Shown here piece after piece: positions 26,067 to 35,456 of a stretch of 56,089 nucleotides of DNA; the stretch's first letter is position 1, and each line of letters starts with the position of its first letter. Source of the DNA: a virus (lineage: Duplodnaviria > Caudoviricetes). A program made the translations under genes and the position numbers. The notes under the pieces were generated by a model. It worked only from the letters and a program-made list of their open reading frames with translations. It was not told where the DNA came from and ran no database searches. The stretch covers positions 1 through 56,089 of IMG/VR virus record IMGVR_UViG_3300042866_000291; one strand, written 5' to 3'.

Positions 26067-26313
26067 GTCCCCAGCATGGCAGCGCAAGGAAGGAAAGAAC
26101 CCCAAGGGCGGGTTGAACGCCAAGGGGCGAGCCTCCTACAACGCCGCGAATCCAGGGAAGCCGGGGTTGAAACCACCTCAACCGGAGGGCGGTCCACGCC
26201 GCGACTCTTTCTGCGCCCGTATGAAAGGGATGAAGAAAAAGTTGACGAGCGAAAAAACCGCAAAAGATCCGAATTCGAGGATTAACAAGAGTCTTCGGGC
26301 ATGGAACTGCTGA
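26059..26313 (+). CDS. Small basic protein (DUF6321-like)
   Basis: MAKSPAWQRKEGKNPKGGLNAKGRASYN...SFCARM...SLRAWNC. Confidence 0.7.
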   Translation: MAKSPAWQRKEGKNPKGGLNAKGRASYNAANPGKPGLKPPQPEGGPRRDSFCARMKGMKKKLTSEKTAKDPNSRINKSLRAWNC

Positions 26314-26549
26314 TATGGAACGTCATCCTCTCCTTCTTGTCGGCGATCATTCTCTGGGTGATCAAGTCGCATGCGGAGGAGGTGCAGCGCATTCAGATTC
26401 TCCTCAACCGCACGCGGGAGGAGATTGCCAAGGAGTACGTCACGAAAGCGGACGTGCACGACGATATGAACCGGGTGATCGCTCGGTTGGATCGGCTTGA
26501 GGGTAAGTTGGACGCCTACATGAAGGAGCAGCGCAGCGCGTTGAGTTGA
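26301..26549 (+). CDS. Small membrane/coiled-coil protein
   Basis: N-terminal TM, REEIAKEYVTK...LDRLEGKLD. Confidence 0.7.
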   Translation: MELLIWNVILSFLSAIILWVIKSHAEEVQRIQILLNRTREEIAKEYVTKADVHDDMNRVIARLDRLEGKLDAYMKEQRSALS

Positions 26550-26550
26550 A

Positions 26551-27156
26551 ATGGCAGCACCACTTGTTTCCGCATTGGCTTATTTTTTAACACCCCGCCT
26601 TATGGGTGCGGCGGCTGATACTGCTATGCGTGCGCGGGTGGATAGTTTGCTACAAGAAAGTCGTGCGCAAGGTTTTTCACCAGAAGATACGCACGCACGT
26701 GTGGCTTCAGACCCGTATCTAAATGCTTTGGCTTTGCTCCCCCGGCAGTCAGGGATTGAGTCTACGATTGAGTCTCTTAGGGATATGTACAACGGCAGTC
26801 CATATGGGGTGTCGCGTGGAGACATTCCTCCGGGCTCTATGGATTCACCCGATGCGCGAACCATAGATCAGCTTCTTTCGGGCCAAGGGTTTAACGATCC
26901 TTCCGGTCAGCCGCAGTTTTACCTTGACACAAATCGTCGCGGCGAACCAGAATTTATAACGCCGATGGATGATTTCTTGCGTTACGGCGGGCGTGACGAA
27001 GATTCAGGTATGCGTTTTTTTGGTGGCTACGCACCACCTTCTTATGGTCAGACAGATCAACCTGCACCCGAAGTGCGTTTTGATAAAGCGCCCGGTGGGG
27101 CAAATGGCGGTCTTGCTGCATTGATTAGGAGGCAACATGCCCAGCGTCAGCGGTAA
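26551..27156 (+). CDS. Hypothetical protein, more AT-rich than neighbours
   Basis: 201-aa ORF filling the gap; ends ANGGLAAL. Confidence 0.6.
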   Translation: MAAPLVSALAYFLTPRLMGAAADTAMRARVDSLLQESRAQGFSPEDTHARVASDPYLNALALLPRQSGIESTIESLRDMYNGSPYGVSRGDIPPGSMDSPDARTIDQLLSGQGFNDPSGQPQFYLDTNRRGEPEFITPMDDFLRYGGRDEDSGMRFFGGYAPPSYGQTDQPAPEVRFDKAPGGANGGLAALIRRQHAQRQR

Positions 27157-27553
27157 GCAGCACAGGTTCATGGCGGCGGTGGCCAACAACCCGTCGTTCG
27201 CCAAGAAAGCAGGCGTACCCCAATCCGTTGGGGCTGAGTTCATGAAGGCGGACAAGGGCCGCAAGTTCAAAAAGGGTGGTGAGATGAAAGAGTCCAAGGC
27301 AATGATGAAGAAGGAAGTCTCCTTCATGAAGAAGGCAGGCGCTCCCCGTTCAATGATCAAACATGAGGAGTCCGAAATGAAGGGCATGAAGAAGATGGCC
27401 ACTGGTGGCATCACCAAGGCAAAGATGGGTACGGTCAAGACCGCTGCTCCCAGCCGCGATGGCGTGGCTACCAAGGGCAAGACCAAGGGAACGATGGTCA
27501 AGATGGCCGCATCGAAGCCCCTGGGCATGAAGCGCGGCGGAAAGACCTGCTGA
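27137..27553 (+). CDS. Small K/M-rich basic protein
   Basis: MPSVSGKQHRFMAAVANNPSFAKK; three xxxGG motifs. Confidence 0.75.
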   Translation: MPSVSGKQHRFMAAVANNPSFAKKAGVPQSVGAEFMKADKGRKFKKGGEMKESKAMMKKEVSFMKKAGAPRSMIKHEESEMKGMKKMATGGITKAKMGTVKTAAPSRDGVATKGKTKGTMVKMAASKPLGMKRGGKTC

Positions 27554-27554
27554 C

Positions 27555-27845
27555 ATGATGCCCAGCCGGGGGATGGGAGCAATCGCTCCCTCCAAGATGC
27601 CCAAGAAGAAGGTCATCCGACGCAAGGATGACCCGAACGACGTTGACATGTACGCCGAAGGCGGGACCACAAAGTCCAAAGTCAACGAAGCGGGCAACTA
27701 CACCAAACCCGGTATGCGCAAGGCCCTGTTCGAGAAGATCAAGGGCCAAGCCACCCAAGGCACGGCGGCAGGTCAGTGGAGCGCCCGCAAGGCGCAGCTT
27801 CTGGCCAAGCAGTACAAAGCCAAGGGCGGTGGCTACCGCGACTAA
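27555..27845 (+). CDS. Basic protein, DUF5872-like N-half
   Basis: NYTKP...GQWSARKAQLLAKQYKAKGGGY. Confidence 0.7.
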   Translation: MMPSRGMGAIAPSKMPKKKVIRRKDDPNDVDMYAEGGTTKSKVNEAGNYTKPGMRKALFEKIKGQATQGTAAGQWSARKAQLLAKQYKAKGGGYRD

Positions 27846-27866
27846 CAACTAACAGAAGAGGGGTGC

Positions 27867-28121
27867 ATGATGGACTACAACGAAAAGCCTAAAGAGGGTG
27901 GAGAGTCTTCCGGCCCCAAAATTGACATCCCAAGACCTGGGATTGAGATTGCTGGTGGCCGACTTGAACCAGATCTCATTAAAAACCCAGACACAGGTAA
28001 GCGGGTACCCGGTATTCGATTTACTAAAAAATTCTACGCACAAGGCGGCAAGACCAAATCTGCTTCGGCCCGTGCAGACGGCTGCGCTCAGCGTGGCAAG
28101 ACCCGTGGGAAGATGGTGTGA
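27867..28121 (+). CDS. Small protein with C-terminal GG/RADG tag
   Basis: FYAQGGKTKSASARADGCAQRGKTRGKMV. Confidence 0.65.
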   Translation: MMDYNEKPKEGGESSGPKIDIPRPGIEIAGGRLEPDLIKNPDTGKRVPGIRFTKKFYAQGGKTKSASARADGCAQRGKTRGKMV

Positions 28122-28351
28122 AAAACCCGCAGCAGTCGCTGAAGGATTGGACCAACCAGAAGTGGAGGACCAAAAGTGGTAAACCGTCTAGTAAAACTGG
28201 TGAAAGATACCTTCCAGAAGCTGCGATCAAGGCTCTTTCCCCCCAAGAATACGCCGCCTCAACCCGAGCAAAACGAGCAGGCAAAGCCTCCGGCAAGCAG
28301 TTCGTAGCTCAACCCAAGGCAATCGCTAAGAAGACCGCGAGATTCAGATGA
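28118..28351 (+). CDS. Basic protein, DUF5872-like C-half
   Basis: QQSLKDWTNQKWRTKSG...ERYLPEAA. Confidence 0.7.
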   Translation: MKNPQQSLKDWTNQKWRTKSGKPSSKTGERYLPEAAIKALSPQEYAASTRAKRAGKASGKQFVAQPKAIAKKTARFR

Positions 28352-29295
28352 CAACTTCAGGCGTAGCTGCGTTCGACCTTGACCTCAACGAGATCGTTGA
28401 GGAAGCCTTTGAGCGTGCCGGTGGCGAGATGCGCACCGGTTACGACTTGCGCACGGCCCGTCGCAGCCTGAACTTGCTCTTTGCAGACTGGGGTAACCGG
28501 GGCGTGAACATGTGGACGTTCGAGCAGAACGTCATCACACTGGCCACCGGCCAGCCAACCTATGCGCTGCCGGACGACACGGTGGATTTGCTGGATCACG
28601 TCATCCGCACCAACGCCAACGTCCCAAACAATCAGGCCGACCTGACCATCACCCGGATCAGCGTCAGCACCTACGCCACGATCCCGAACAAGCTGATTCA
28701 AGGGCGCCCAATCCAGGTGTGGATTCAGAAGCTGTCCGGTCAGGACTCCGTGCTTGCCGGTACCCTGCAAGCCAATATTCTGGACAACACCACATCGATC
28801 CCCATCACTTCGCTTGCCGGTGTGCCCAACGCGGGCTTCATCAAGATCGACAACGAACTCATTGCGTTCAACGAGGTGCAGCCCGCTAGTGGCGGCAACC
28901 CGGCGTTGCTGCTGAACTGCGCCCGTGGCCAGGGCGGTACAACCGCCGCTGGGCACTCGTCTGGCGCGGCCATCATCCTGTCGCAGAAGAACAGTATCAC
29001 CGTCTGGCCAACGCCCAATCCGGGCACGACCTACCAGTTCGTGTACTGGCGGCTGCGCCGCCTGCAAGACGCCGGTAGTGGCATCAAGACGATGGACGTG
29101 CCGTTCCGCTTCCTGCCCTGCCTTGTGGCGGGTCTGGCGTACTACATTGCCCTGAAGGTTCCTGATGGCATTCAGCGTCTGCCGATCCTCAAGGAGCAGT
29201 ACGACGAGGCTTGGCTGACTGCCGCAGGCGAAGATCAAGAGAAAGCCGCTGTGCGGTTTGTGCCCCGACAGATGTACATCGGGAGCGGCACCTAA
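28348..29295 (+). CDS. Putative head-tail adaptor/completion protein
   Basis: EEAFERAG...ARRSLNLL...VWPTP...PFRFLPCLVAGLAYY. Confidence 0.65.
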   Translation: MTTSGVAAFDLDLNEIVEEAFERAGGEMRTGYDLRTARRSLNLLFADWGNRGVNMWTFEQNVITLATGQPTYALPDDTVDLLDHVIRTNANVPNNQADLTITRISVSTYATIPNKLIQGRPIQVWIQKLSGQDSVLAGTLQANILDNTTSIPITSLAGVPNAGFIKIDNELIAFNEVQPASGGNPALLLNCARGQGGTTAAGHSSGAAIILSQKNSITVWPTPNPGTTYQFVYWRLRRLQDAGSGIKTMDVPFRFLPCLVAGLAYYIALKVPDGIQRLPILKEQYDEAWLTAAGEDQEKAAVRFVPRQMYIGSGT

Positions 29296-29724
29296 ATGGG
29301 AAATCGGTTCGCGTCAGGCAAGAATGCTATTGCTGAATGCGACCGCTGCGCATTTCGGTTCAAGCTCACGCAGTTGCGCAAGGAGATTATCAAGACCAAG
29401 AACTACAACCTCTTGGTCTGCCGGACGTGTTGGGATCCAGATCAGCCGCAGTTGCAACTGGGCATGTACCCGGTTGACGACCCGCAAGGCTTGCGTGATC
29501 CGCGTCCTGACTTGAGTTATGTGCAGTCTGGCAACACGGGTTTGCAGATCGTGGACACGACGGCTCCGACCAAGGATGGCGTGGGTTATCCGAGCGAGGG
29601 CAGCCGCGACTTCCAGTGGGGTTGGAACCCTGTGGGTGGTGCGCGTGGGATCGATGACGGTCTGACGCCAAATAACTTGGTTTTGCAGGTTCAAATCGGT
29701 ACAGTCACGGTTGTGACAGCATAG
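29296..29724 (+). CDS. Hypothetical protein with CxxC...CxxC
   Basis: ECDRC...VCRTCWD...DPQGLRDPRPD. Confidence 0.7.
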   Translation: MGNRFASGKNAIAECDRCAFRFKLTQLRKEIIKTKNYNLLVCRTCWDPDQPQLQLGMYPVDDPQGLRDPRPDLSYVQSGNTGLQIVDTTAPTKDGVGYPSEGSRDFQWGWNPVGGARGIDDGLTPNNLVLQVQIGTVTVVTA

Positions 29725-29733
29725 GAGAGAAAG

Positions 29734-29907
29734 ATGGATAAGATGAAAAAAGTGGCCAAGGCCGAAGTAAAGGCGCACGAGGAGCGCATGCACGCCAAGA
29801 AAATGCGTGCAGGCGGCAAGACTAACAGCGACATGCTGAAGATGGGTCGTGGTCTGGCTAAGGTGGCCAACCAGATGAACCCTGGTCGCAAGCAGAAAGG
29901 TGTCTGA
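29734..29907 (+). CDS. Small basic protein (57 aa)
   Basis: Manual translation after AGGAG: MDKMKKVAKAEVKAHEERMHAKKMRAGGKT... Confidence 0.65.
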   Translation: MDKMKKVAKAEVKAHEERMHAKKMRAGGKTNSDMLKMGRGLAKVANQMNPGRKQKGV

Positions 29908-29908
29908 C

Positions 29909-30106
29909 ATGGCTACATACAAGACTCCCAAGCCCGTGCCCACACCGGTTGTTGGCGCGGACGACATCAAGCAAGCACTCCGCATGGACGTGTCTGTTGC
30001 CAACATGCATGCCAACGAGTACAAAGGCACCAAGACTTCGGGCATCAAAATCCGGGGAACTGGATGCGCTACCAAAGGTACGACGGCACGCGGCCCGATG
30101 GCGTAA
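29909..30106 (+). CDS. Small basic protein
   Basis: GIKIRGTGCATKGTTARGPMA. Confidence 0.65.
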   Translation: MATYKTPKPVPTPVVGADDIKQALRMDVSVANMHANEYKGTKTSGIKIRGTGCATKGTTARGPMA

Positions 30107-30135
30107 TTTGAAGGTTTTTGGCGAGACGCCTACAA

Positions 30136-30822
30136 ATGAACTACACCGAGTTGAAAGCGGCGATCATCGCCTACACGGAGAATCAGGACTCTTCCTTTGA
30201 GGCGGAGATTCCGGTATTTGTCCGTCAGGCAGAGCAGCGCATCTACAACTCGGTGCAGTTTCCGTCTTTGCGCAAGAACGTAACAGGCACCACTACCGCC
30301 AGCAACAAGTATCTTCAGTGCCCGTCAGATTTTCTGGCGGTTTATTCGCTGGCGGCAATTGCTGCCGATGGTTCGTATGAGTACCTACTGAACAAGGATG
30401 TGAACTTCATCCGACAGGCGTACCCCAACCCAAATACGGACAAGGCCATCCCGCGTTATTACGCCATCTTCGGCCCGCAGTCTACAGATCAAGATGAGCT
30501 TACGTTCATCCTCGGTCCTACGCCAGATGCGTCCTATACCGTCGAGCTTCACTATTACTACTACCCCGAATCGATCACAGTGGCGGCAAATGAGCGCACA
30601 TGGTTGGGCGATAACTTTGATTCGGTTTTGCTGTACGGCTCCCTTGTCGAGGCTTATACCTACATGAAGGGCGAGCAAGACATGATGGGCGTGTATAACC
30701 AGAAGTACATGGAAGCGTTGGCGATGGCCAAGCGTCTTGGCGACGGTCTGGAGCGCAGCGATGCTTACCGCAGCGGGCAGTCTCGTGTGCCGCCCCTGCC
30801 ACAGAACACTGGGGTTAAGTGA
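30136..30822 (+). CDS. Putative tail tubular/adaptor protein
   Basis: MNYTELKAAI...AEQRI...PRYYA...GPTPD...LLYGSLVEAY. Confidence 0.7.
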   Translation: MNYTELKAAIIAYTENQDSSFEAEIPVFVRQAEQRIYNSVQFPSLRKNVTGTTTASNKYLQCPSDFLAVYSLAAIAADGSYEYLLNKDVNFIRQAYPNPNTDKAIPRYYAIFGPQSTDQDELTFILGPTPDASYTVELHYYYYPESITVAANERTWLGDNFDSVLLYGSLVEAYTYMKGEQDMMGVYNQKYMEALAMAKRLGDGLERSDAYRSGQSRVPPLPQNTGVK

Positions 30823-31256
30823 TGCCCATCGACCAAGGCGCAACCAATCAGTTCAAAGTAGGCTTGGCTTCTGGCCAGTTTGACTTTGCCACTGATACGT
30901 TCAAGATGGCGCTCTATACCGGCGGTGCCACACTCGGCCCCACCACGGCTTCCTACACCACGGCAAACGAGGTGCCCAGTGGGGCAGGCTACACAACGGG
31001 TGGAGAAGTTTTGACGGTTTCCGTGCAGCCCACAGTTGGGCCCGATCCCAGCAGCACGACGATGTATTTATCGTTTGCCAATGTGACCTGGAATCCGGCA
31101 TCATTCACTTGTCGAGGCGCACTCATCTATAAAGTTGGTGGAAGCAATCCGACAGTTTGCGTTCTTGATTTTGGCGGCGATAAAACTGCAACCACGTCCT
31201 TTCAAGTGCAGTTTCCAACTGCCAATACCACCAATGCCATCATACGGGTTACATAA
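30819..31256 (+). CDS. Putative tail/virion protein, paralog of 31545-32006
   Basis: FKMALY...GYTTGG...LDFGGD...FPTA...AIIR. Confidence 0.7.
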   Translation: MMPIDQGATNQFKVGLASGQFDFATDTFKMALYTGGATLGPTTASYTTANEVPSGAGYTTGGEVLTVSVQPTVGPDPSSTTMYLSFANVTWNPASFTCRGALIYKVGGSNPTVCVLDFGGDKTATTSFQVQFPTANTTNAIIRVT

Positions 31257-31543
31257 TGTTTAGCGCAGACGGAGCAGTTGAAATCGGCACGATCCTGGTC
31301 CACAAAGTGGACCACCGTGGTTTCACGCCTGAAGAACTTGCCGAGCAGGCGCTTAACAAAATTATTTATGTGGGAGATCAGTCCCATCCGGCTATTCGCG
31401 ATCAAGCACAAGCCTACCGCGAACATATCCGGGCGGTGTTGACCTTCTATATGCAGCGTGCAATTCAGTCGAACAATACGACTCTTGCAAACCGGCTCCG
31501 TGAAGCGGGCCATCCTGAACTTGTAAAACTTTTGGAGGCTTGA
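31256..31543 (+). CDS. Hypothetical protein
   Basis: RGFTPEELA...HPAIRDQA. Confidence 0.7.
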   Translation: MFSADGAVEIGTILVHKVDHRGFTPEELAEQALNKIIYVGDQSHPAIRDQAQAYREHIRAVLTFYMQRAIQSNNTTLANRLREAGHPELVKLLEA

Positions 31544-31544
31544 A

Positions 31545-32006
31545 ATGCCCGGATTCACCACAGCAATGCCAACTTCCTTCAAGGTAGAAATCTTGAAGGC
31601 TGTCCACAACTTCTCAAACCCTGGCGGCAACACGTTCAAGCTTGCTCTTGGTAAGGCCACGGCTTCCGTTACCGGCACTTACGGCGCAGCTACGACGAGC
31701 TACGACACGCTTGTGTCGAACAGCGATGAGTTGCCTAACACCAGTGGCTACACCACGGGCGGTAACACGCTCACCTCAGTTACGCCGGTTGCTGATGGCA
31801 CTACGGCTATCTGTGACTTTGCGGACACCACGTGGACTTCGGCGACGTTTACCACGTCTGGCGCGATCATCTATAACGATACCGCTTCGGGTAACCCTGC
31901 CTGTGCTGTGTTGTCGTTTGGCGGTGACCAGCAAGTGTCGTCTGGTGACTTCACCATCCAGTTTCCGTCTGCCACAGCCTCGACCGCCATCATTCGGATT
32001 GCGTGA
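31545..32006 (+). CDS. Putative tail/virion protein
   Basis: FKLAL...GYTTGG...FAD.TW...SFGGD...FTIQFP...AIIRIA. Confidence 0.7.
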   Translation: MPGFTTAMPTSFKVEILKAVHNFSNPGGNTFKLALGKATASVTGTYGAATTSYDTLVSNSDELPNTSGYTTGGNTLTSVTPVADGTTAICDFADTTWTSATFTTSGAIIYNDTASGNPACAVLSFGGDQQVSSGDFTIQFPSATASTAIIRIA

Positions 32007-32016
32007 GTGAGGTAAC

Positions 32017-32880
32017 GTGACAACCGGATGGGGAGAACGCCCTTGGGGCTTTAACAACTGGGGTGGGGAAGGCTTTGTTCTTCCTCTCTCTGGTTGGGGC
32101 GCCGACACCTGGGGCGCAGGTCCGTGGGGCCAGAACAGCATTTCCGTTCAAGGGACGGGTGCTGTCGGCACAGTATCGTTCTCCATTTCTGTCACGTTTA
32201 TTCCGACAGGTGTTTCTGGCACAGGCGCAATCGGTGTCACAGCCCCGCAAGTTCAGTTCACGCTTACTGGCGTATCTGCAAACGGGCAGATAGGCACGGT
32301 TACTCCGACGCTGGCATTTACGCCAACAGGGGTTCAGGGCGTTGGCGAGATCGGGAACTTCTTTGTCAACGTCAATGACTTCATCATCCCGATTGGAGTC
32401 GAGGGGTTTGGTCAAGTCGGCACGCCCGTTCTGCGGATTGGCAGGTCGATATCGGTCACCGGAGTCCAAGGAACGGGGGCTGTTGGTACAACGACCCCCA
32501 GTATCAACTTTACCCAGGCAGGCGTGCTTGGTACAGGAAGCGTTGGTAGCGTCACCTTCAAGGTCGATGAGATCATTGTTCCCACCGGCATTTCTGCAAC
32601 CGGTTCAGTTGGTACAGTCTCGCTCATCTATAACGGCGGGGCGTTACCTACTGGAGTAGTCGGGACAGGTGCGGTTGGGACGGCGGTAGCCAGGGCCATC
32701 AAGACGCTCACTGGGGTTTCAGCGACTGGACAAATTGGCACTGTTACCTTCAAAATAAACGACAGTATCACGGTCACTGGAGTGCAGGGCACGGGTGCAG
32801 TCGGAACGGTTTTAATTCGCGGGTGGTCAATCATCAACACCACGCAAAATGCGGGTTGGACAACCATCAATACACAGTAG
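32017..32880 (+). CDS. Repetitive beta-rich virion protein
   Basis: WG repeats then many TGVxxTGxVGxV repeats. Confidence 0.7.
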   Translation: MTTGWGERPWGFNNWGGEGFVLPLSGWGADTWGAGPWGQNSISVQGTGAVGTVSFSISVTFIPTGVSGTGAIGVTAPQVQFTLTGVSANGQIGTVTPTLAFTPTGVQGVGEIGNFFVNVNDFIIPIGVEGFGQVGTPVLRIGRSISVTGVQGTGAVGTTTPSINFTQAGVLGTGSVGSVTFKVDEIIVPTGISATGSVGTVSLIYNGGALPTGVVGTGAVGTAVARAIKTLTGVSATGQIGTVTFKINDSITVTGVQGTGAVGTVLIRGWSIINTTQNAGWTTINTQ

Positions 32881-32889
32881 GAGCCTTAG

Positions 32890-34605
32890 ATGCCCACTTC
32901 ATACACCTCTCTTCTCGGTCTGGCACTGCCAGTAACGGGCGAACTGTCCGGCACTTGGGGCGATACCGTCAATGACTACATCACCACTTATCTTGATGGT
33001 GCGGTGGCCGGTACGCAGACAATCAGCGGGAACCAGACTTCGGTAACCCTAAGTAAGACAACCGGATCATCGCTGTCTCAAGTAGGCGCGGGCTCGACCG
33101 GTTCTTCTCAATATTCGATCATCAACTGCACGGGCAACCCGAGCGGTATGCTGACCATCACCGCTCCGGCGGCAAGCAAACCATACATCGTCATCAACGC
33201 CACTTCGACTTTGCAGTCTGTGAAGATTGTAGGTGTAGGTCCGACTACGGGCGTGACACTGGGGACGGGTGAGAGCGCCGTCGTCGTCTGGAACGGCAGT
33301 GATTTCACCAAAGTTGCTTCAAGCGCAGCGGATGGTGTCGCAACATTTAGTGCGGGCACCACTGGACTTACGCCTTCTACGGCAACCGCTGGTGTAGTCA
33401 CTCTTGCGGGTACGCTCGCTACCACAAACGGTGGTACGGGGCTTACGACATTTAGTGCCAATCAAATTTTTTATGCGTCGTCTACAAGTGCGATTGGTCA
33501 GTCTGCAAATCTGACCTTCGACGGCACCACGCTCACGGCCAACAATATCAACGATTCTTCGTTGACTTCTGGCCGGATTACCTATGCCGGTGCAAGTGGA
33601 AACCTCACGGACTCTGCGGGACTGACGTTTGATGGCACCAACTTCACGACCACGGGCACAGCGTCTGCCACTAAGTTAATTCCGACTGGCGGCGCTGCTA
33701 CCGGTAACGGCTTGTTTCTGCCCGCGTCTAACACTCTCGGGTTTAGTACCAACGGCACTCAGTCGATGACGCTGGACTCCGCAGGTAACTTCCTGGTCGG
33801 GGTCACGTCACTCAACCGCCTTAACAGCACCTCTAATCAGCACTCCATCACGGTTGGCAACAGCGGCACGGACGCAAGTTCTGCTGCCGAAATCTATGTT
33901 TACAGCGCAGCAACCTCGGATACCCGAGTGCTTGGCGGTGTGGTGTTTGGCACCACAGGCACAGCAGCAGCCGAGAAGCGGTCTGCGATTGTTGCCTCGC
34001 GCCTGAGCGCGGCGTCTGGCACGACCATTACAGCCAACCTTGAGTTCTACACCAACAACGCAGGCACTATTGCAGAACGTGCTCAGATCACCGCAGGTGG
34101 TCAGTTCGCTCTGAGTTCGGATGGCAGTGCCGCTGCCCCGGCGATTACCCGCTCGACAGACCTCAACACGGGTATCTTTTTCCCGGCAGCAGATGAGATC
34201 GCGTTTGCTGAGGGCGGCTCAGAACGACTGCGGATTACCTCCGCAGGATTCACCCGCCCGGTGGCCTACGCTGACACGGTGGTGGCCCTGGGTAATACCG
34301 GGACTTCTAAGACCATCGACCTCCAGACTGCCAACGTGTTTACCGCCACGCTGACCGGTAACTGCACGTTTACACTGTCTAACCCCATCACCACAGGCTC
34401 GTCTTCGTTTACATTAGTCTTGACGAACGACAGCACTGCGGGTAGAACCGTGGCTTGGTCTGGCGGTAGTTTTGTTTTTCCCGGCGGGGCGGCAACTCTG
34501 TCTCGCACAACCTCGGCGGGTGCTGTTGATGTTTGGGTTTTCTTCACCCCAAACGGAGGTTCGACGTGGTACGGCAATATCGCCATGAAGGATATGAAAT
34601 CTTAA
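32890..34605 (+). CDS. Tail fibre protein
   Basis: GELSGTWG N-terminus, T/G/S-rich, GGTG and DLNTGIFFPAAD fibre motifs. Confidence 0.75.
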   Translation: MPTSYTSLLGLALPVTGELSGTWGDTVNDYITTYLDGAVAGTQTISGNQTSVTLSKTTGSSLSQVGAGSTGSSQYSIINCTGNPSGMLTITAPAASKPYIVINATSTLQSVKIVGVGPTTGVTLGTGESAVVVWNGSDFTKVASSAADGVATFSAGTTGLTPSTATAGVVTLAGTLATTNGGTGLTTFSANQIFYASSTSAIGQSANLTFDGTTLTANNINDSSLTSGRITYAGASGNLTDSAGLTFDGTNFTTTGTASATKLIPTGGAATGNGLFLPASNTLGFSTNGTQSMTLDSAGNFLVGVTSLNRLNSTSNQHSITVGNSGTDASSAAEIYVYSAATSDTRVLGGVVFGTTGTAAAEKRSAIVASRLSAASGTTITANLEFYTNNAGTIAERAQITAGGQFALSSDGSAAAPAITRSTDLNTGIFFPAADEIAFAEGGSERLRITSAGFTRPVAYADTVVALGNTGTSKTIDLQTANVFTATLTGNCTFTLSNPITTGSSSFTLVLTNDSTAGRTVAWSGGSFVFPGGAATLSRTTSAGAVDVWVFFTPNGGSTWYGNIAMKDMKS

Positions 34606-34617
34606 TAGGAGCAAGAA

Positions 34618-34863
34618 ATGGCCTTGACCGCTGAACAACAAGCCCAAATGGACGCCGCAATGGCTGCACAAGTAGCCGCCGAGGCTGCTCGTCATGCTAA
34701 CCATCTGGCTATTGAACTTAAACGCGCAAAACTGGAAGCCATTCGCATGGCCAAGGAGACGCTTGTTGAAAACGCTCGCAGCAAACCGGCGGATTCGCGT
34801 GAAGTAACCGCTGCTGACATCACGGCGTTTGCGCAGACGTTGGTGAACTACGTCGAGGGCTAA
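34618..34863 (+). CDS. Hypothetical helical protein
   Basis: AGGAG RBS; KLEAIRMAKETL. Confidence 0.7.
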   Translation: MALTAEQQAQMDAAMAAQVAAEAARHANHLAIELKRAKLEAIRMAKETLVENARSKPADSREVTAADITAFAQTLVNYVEG

Positions 34864-35456
34864 TGCAAGGGTTTGCCTACTTCCCGGCTATCGTCTACCG
34901 AGATGAGCGGCCTGACCTTGTGGAGAAGGTGCTTCCGACATGCATCCAATACTTGGATCAAGTTCGCAAGCCCGAGTGGCCCATGTGTCAGTCCGCGCAT
35001 CTTGGGAACGACCCTGCTTTTCAGGAAGTAGCAAACTACCTTCTGTTGGCATCCGTGGACCTGCTTCGCGGGCAGGGCTACGCTGTCGAAAAGTACGACT
35101 TCTACCTCTCGGGCCTTTGGGCGCAGGAGGTCAATCGTGGCGCAGGCACCGACGTGCATGTTCACAAGAACAGCCAAATGTGCGGGTGGTTTTTTCTCGA
35201 AACCCCACAGAGTGGTGCGTACCCGATCTACCACGACACCCGCATGAACAAGTCCATGATCGAATTGGACTTCGTGCAGGGCGAAGCGGTCAGCAATGCC
35301 ACCAACAATATCCACTTCAACAACATGGTGCCCGGGACCGTGATGTTCGCCAACTCGTGGATGCGGCACCAATTGACCGGCAGCAACGCCGAAACCCCGA
35401 CACGATGCATTCACTTCATCGTGTCTCACAAGGAGCGCCCGTGCAGCATGTGCTGA
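34863..35456 (+). CDS. 2OG-Fe(II) oxygenase-like (TIGR02466-type)
   Basis: HVHKNSQMCGWFFL...PGTVMFANSWMRH...RCIHF. Confidence 0.8.
   Translation: MQGFAYFPAIVYRDERPDLVEKVLPTCIQYLDQVRKPEWPMCQSAHLGNDPAFQEVANYLLLASVDLLRGQGYAVEKYDFYLSGLWAQEVNRGAGTDVHVHKNSQMCGWFFLETPQSGAYPIYHDTRMNKSMIELDFVQGEAVSNATNNIHFNNMVPGTVMFANSWMRHQLTGSNAETPTRCIHFIVSHKERPCSMC

Noticed and set aside
34940-35440. N-terminal extension making a 362-aa oxygenase
   Set aside because: Overlaps the first oxygenase in another frame; a GTG with AAGGAG RBS at 35441 is the better start.
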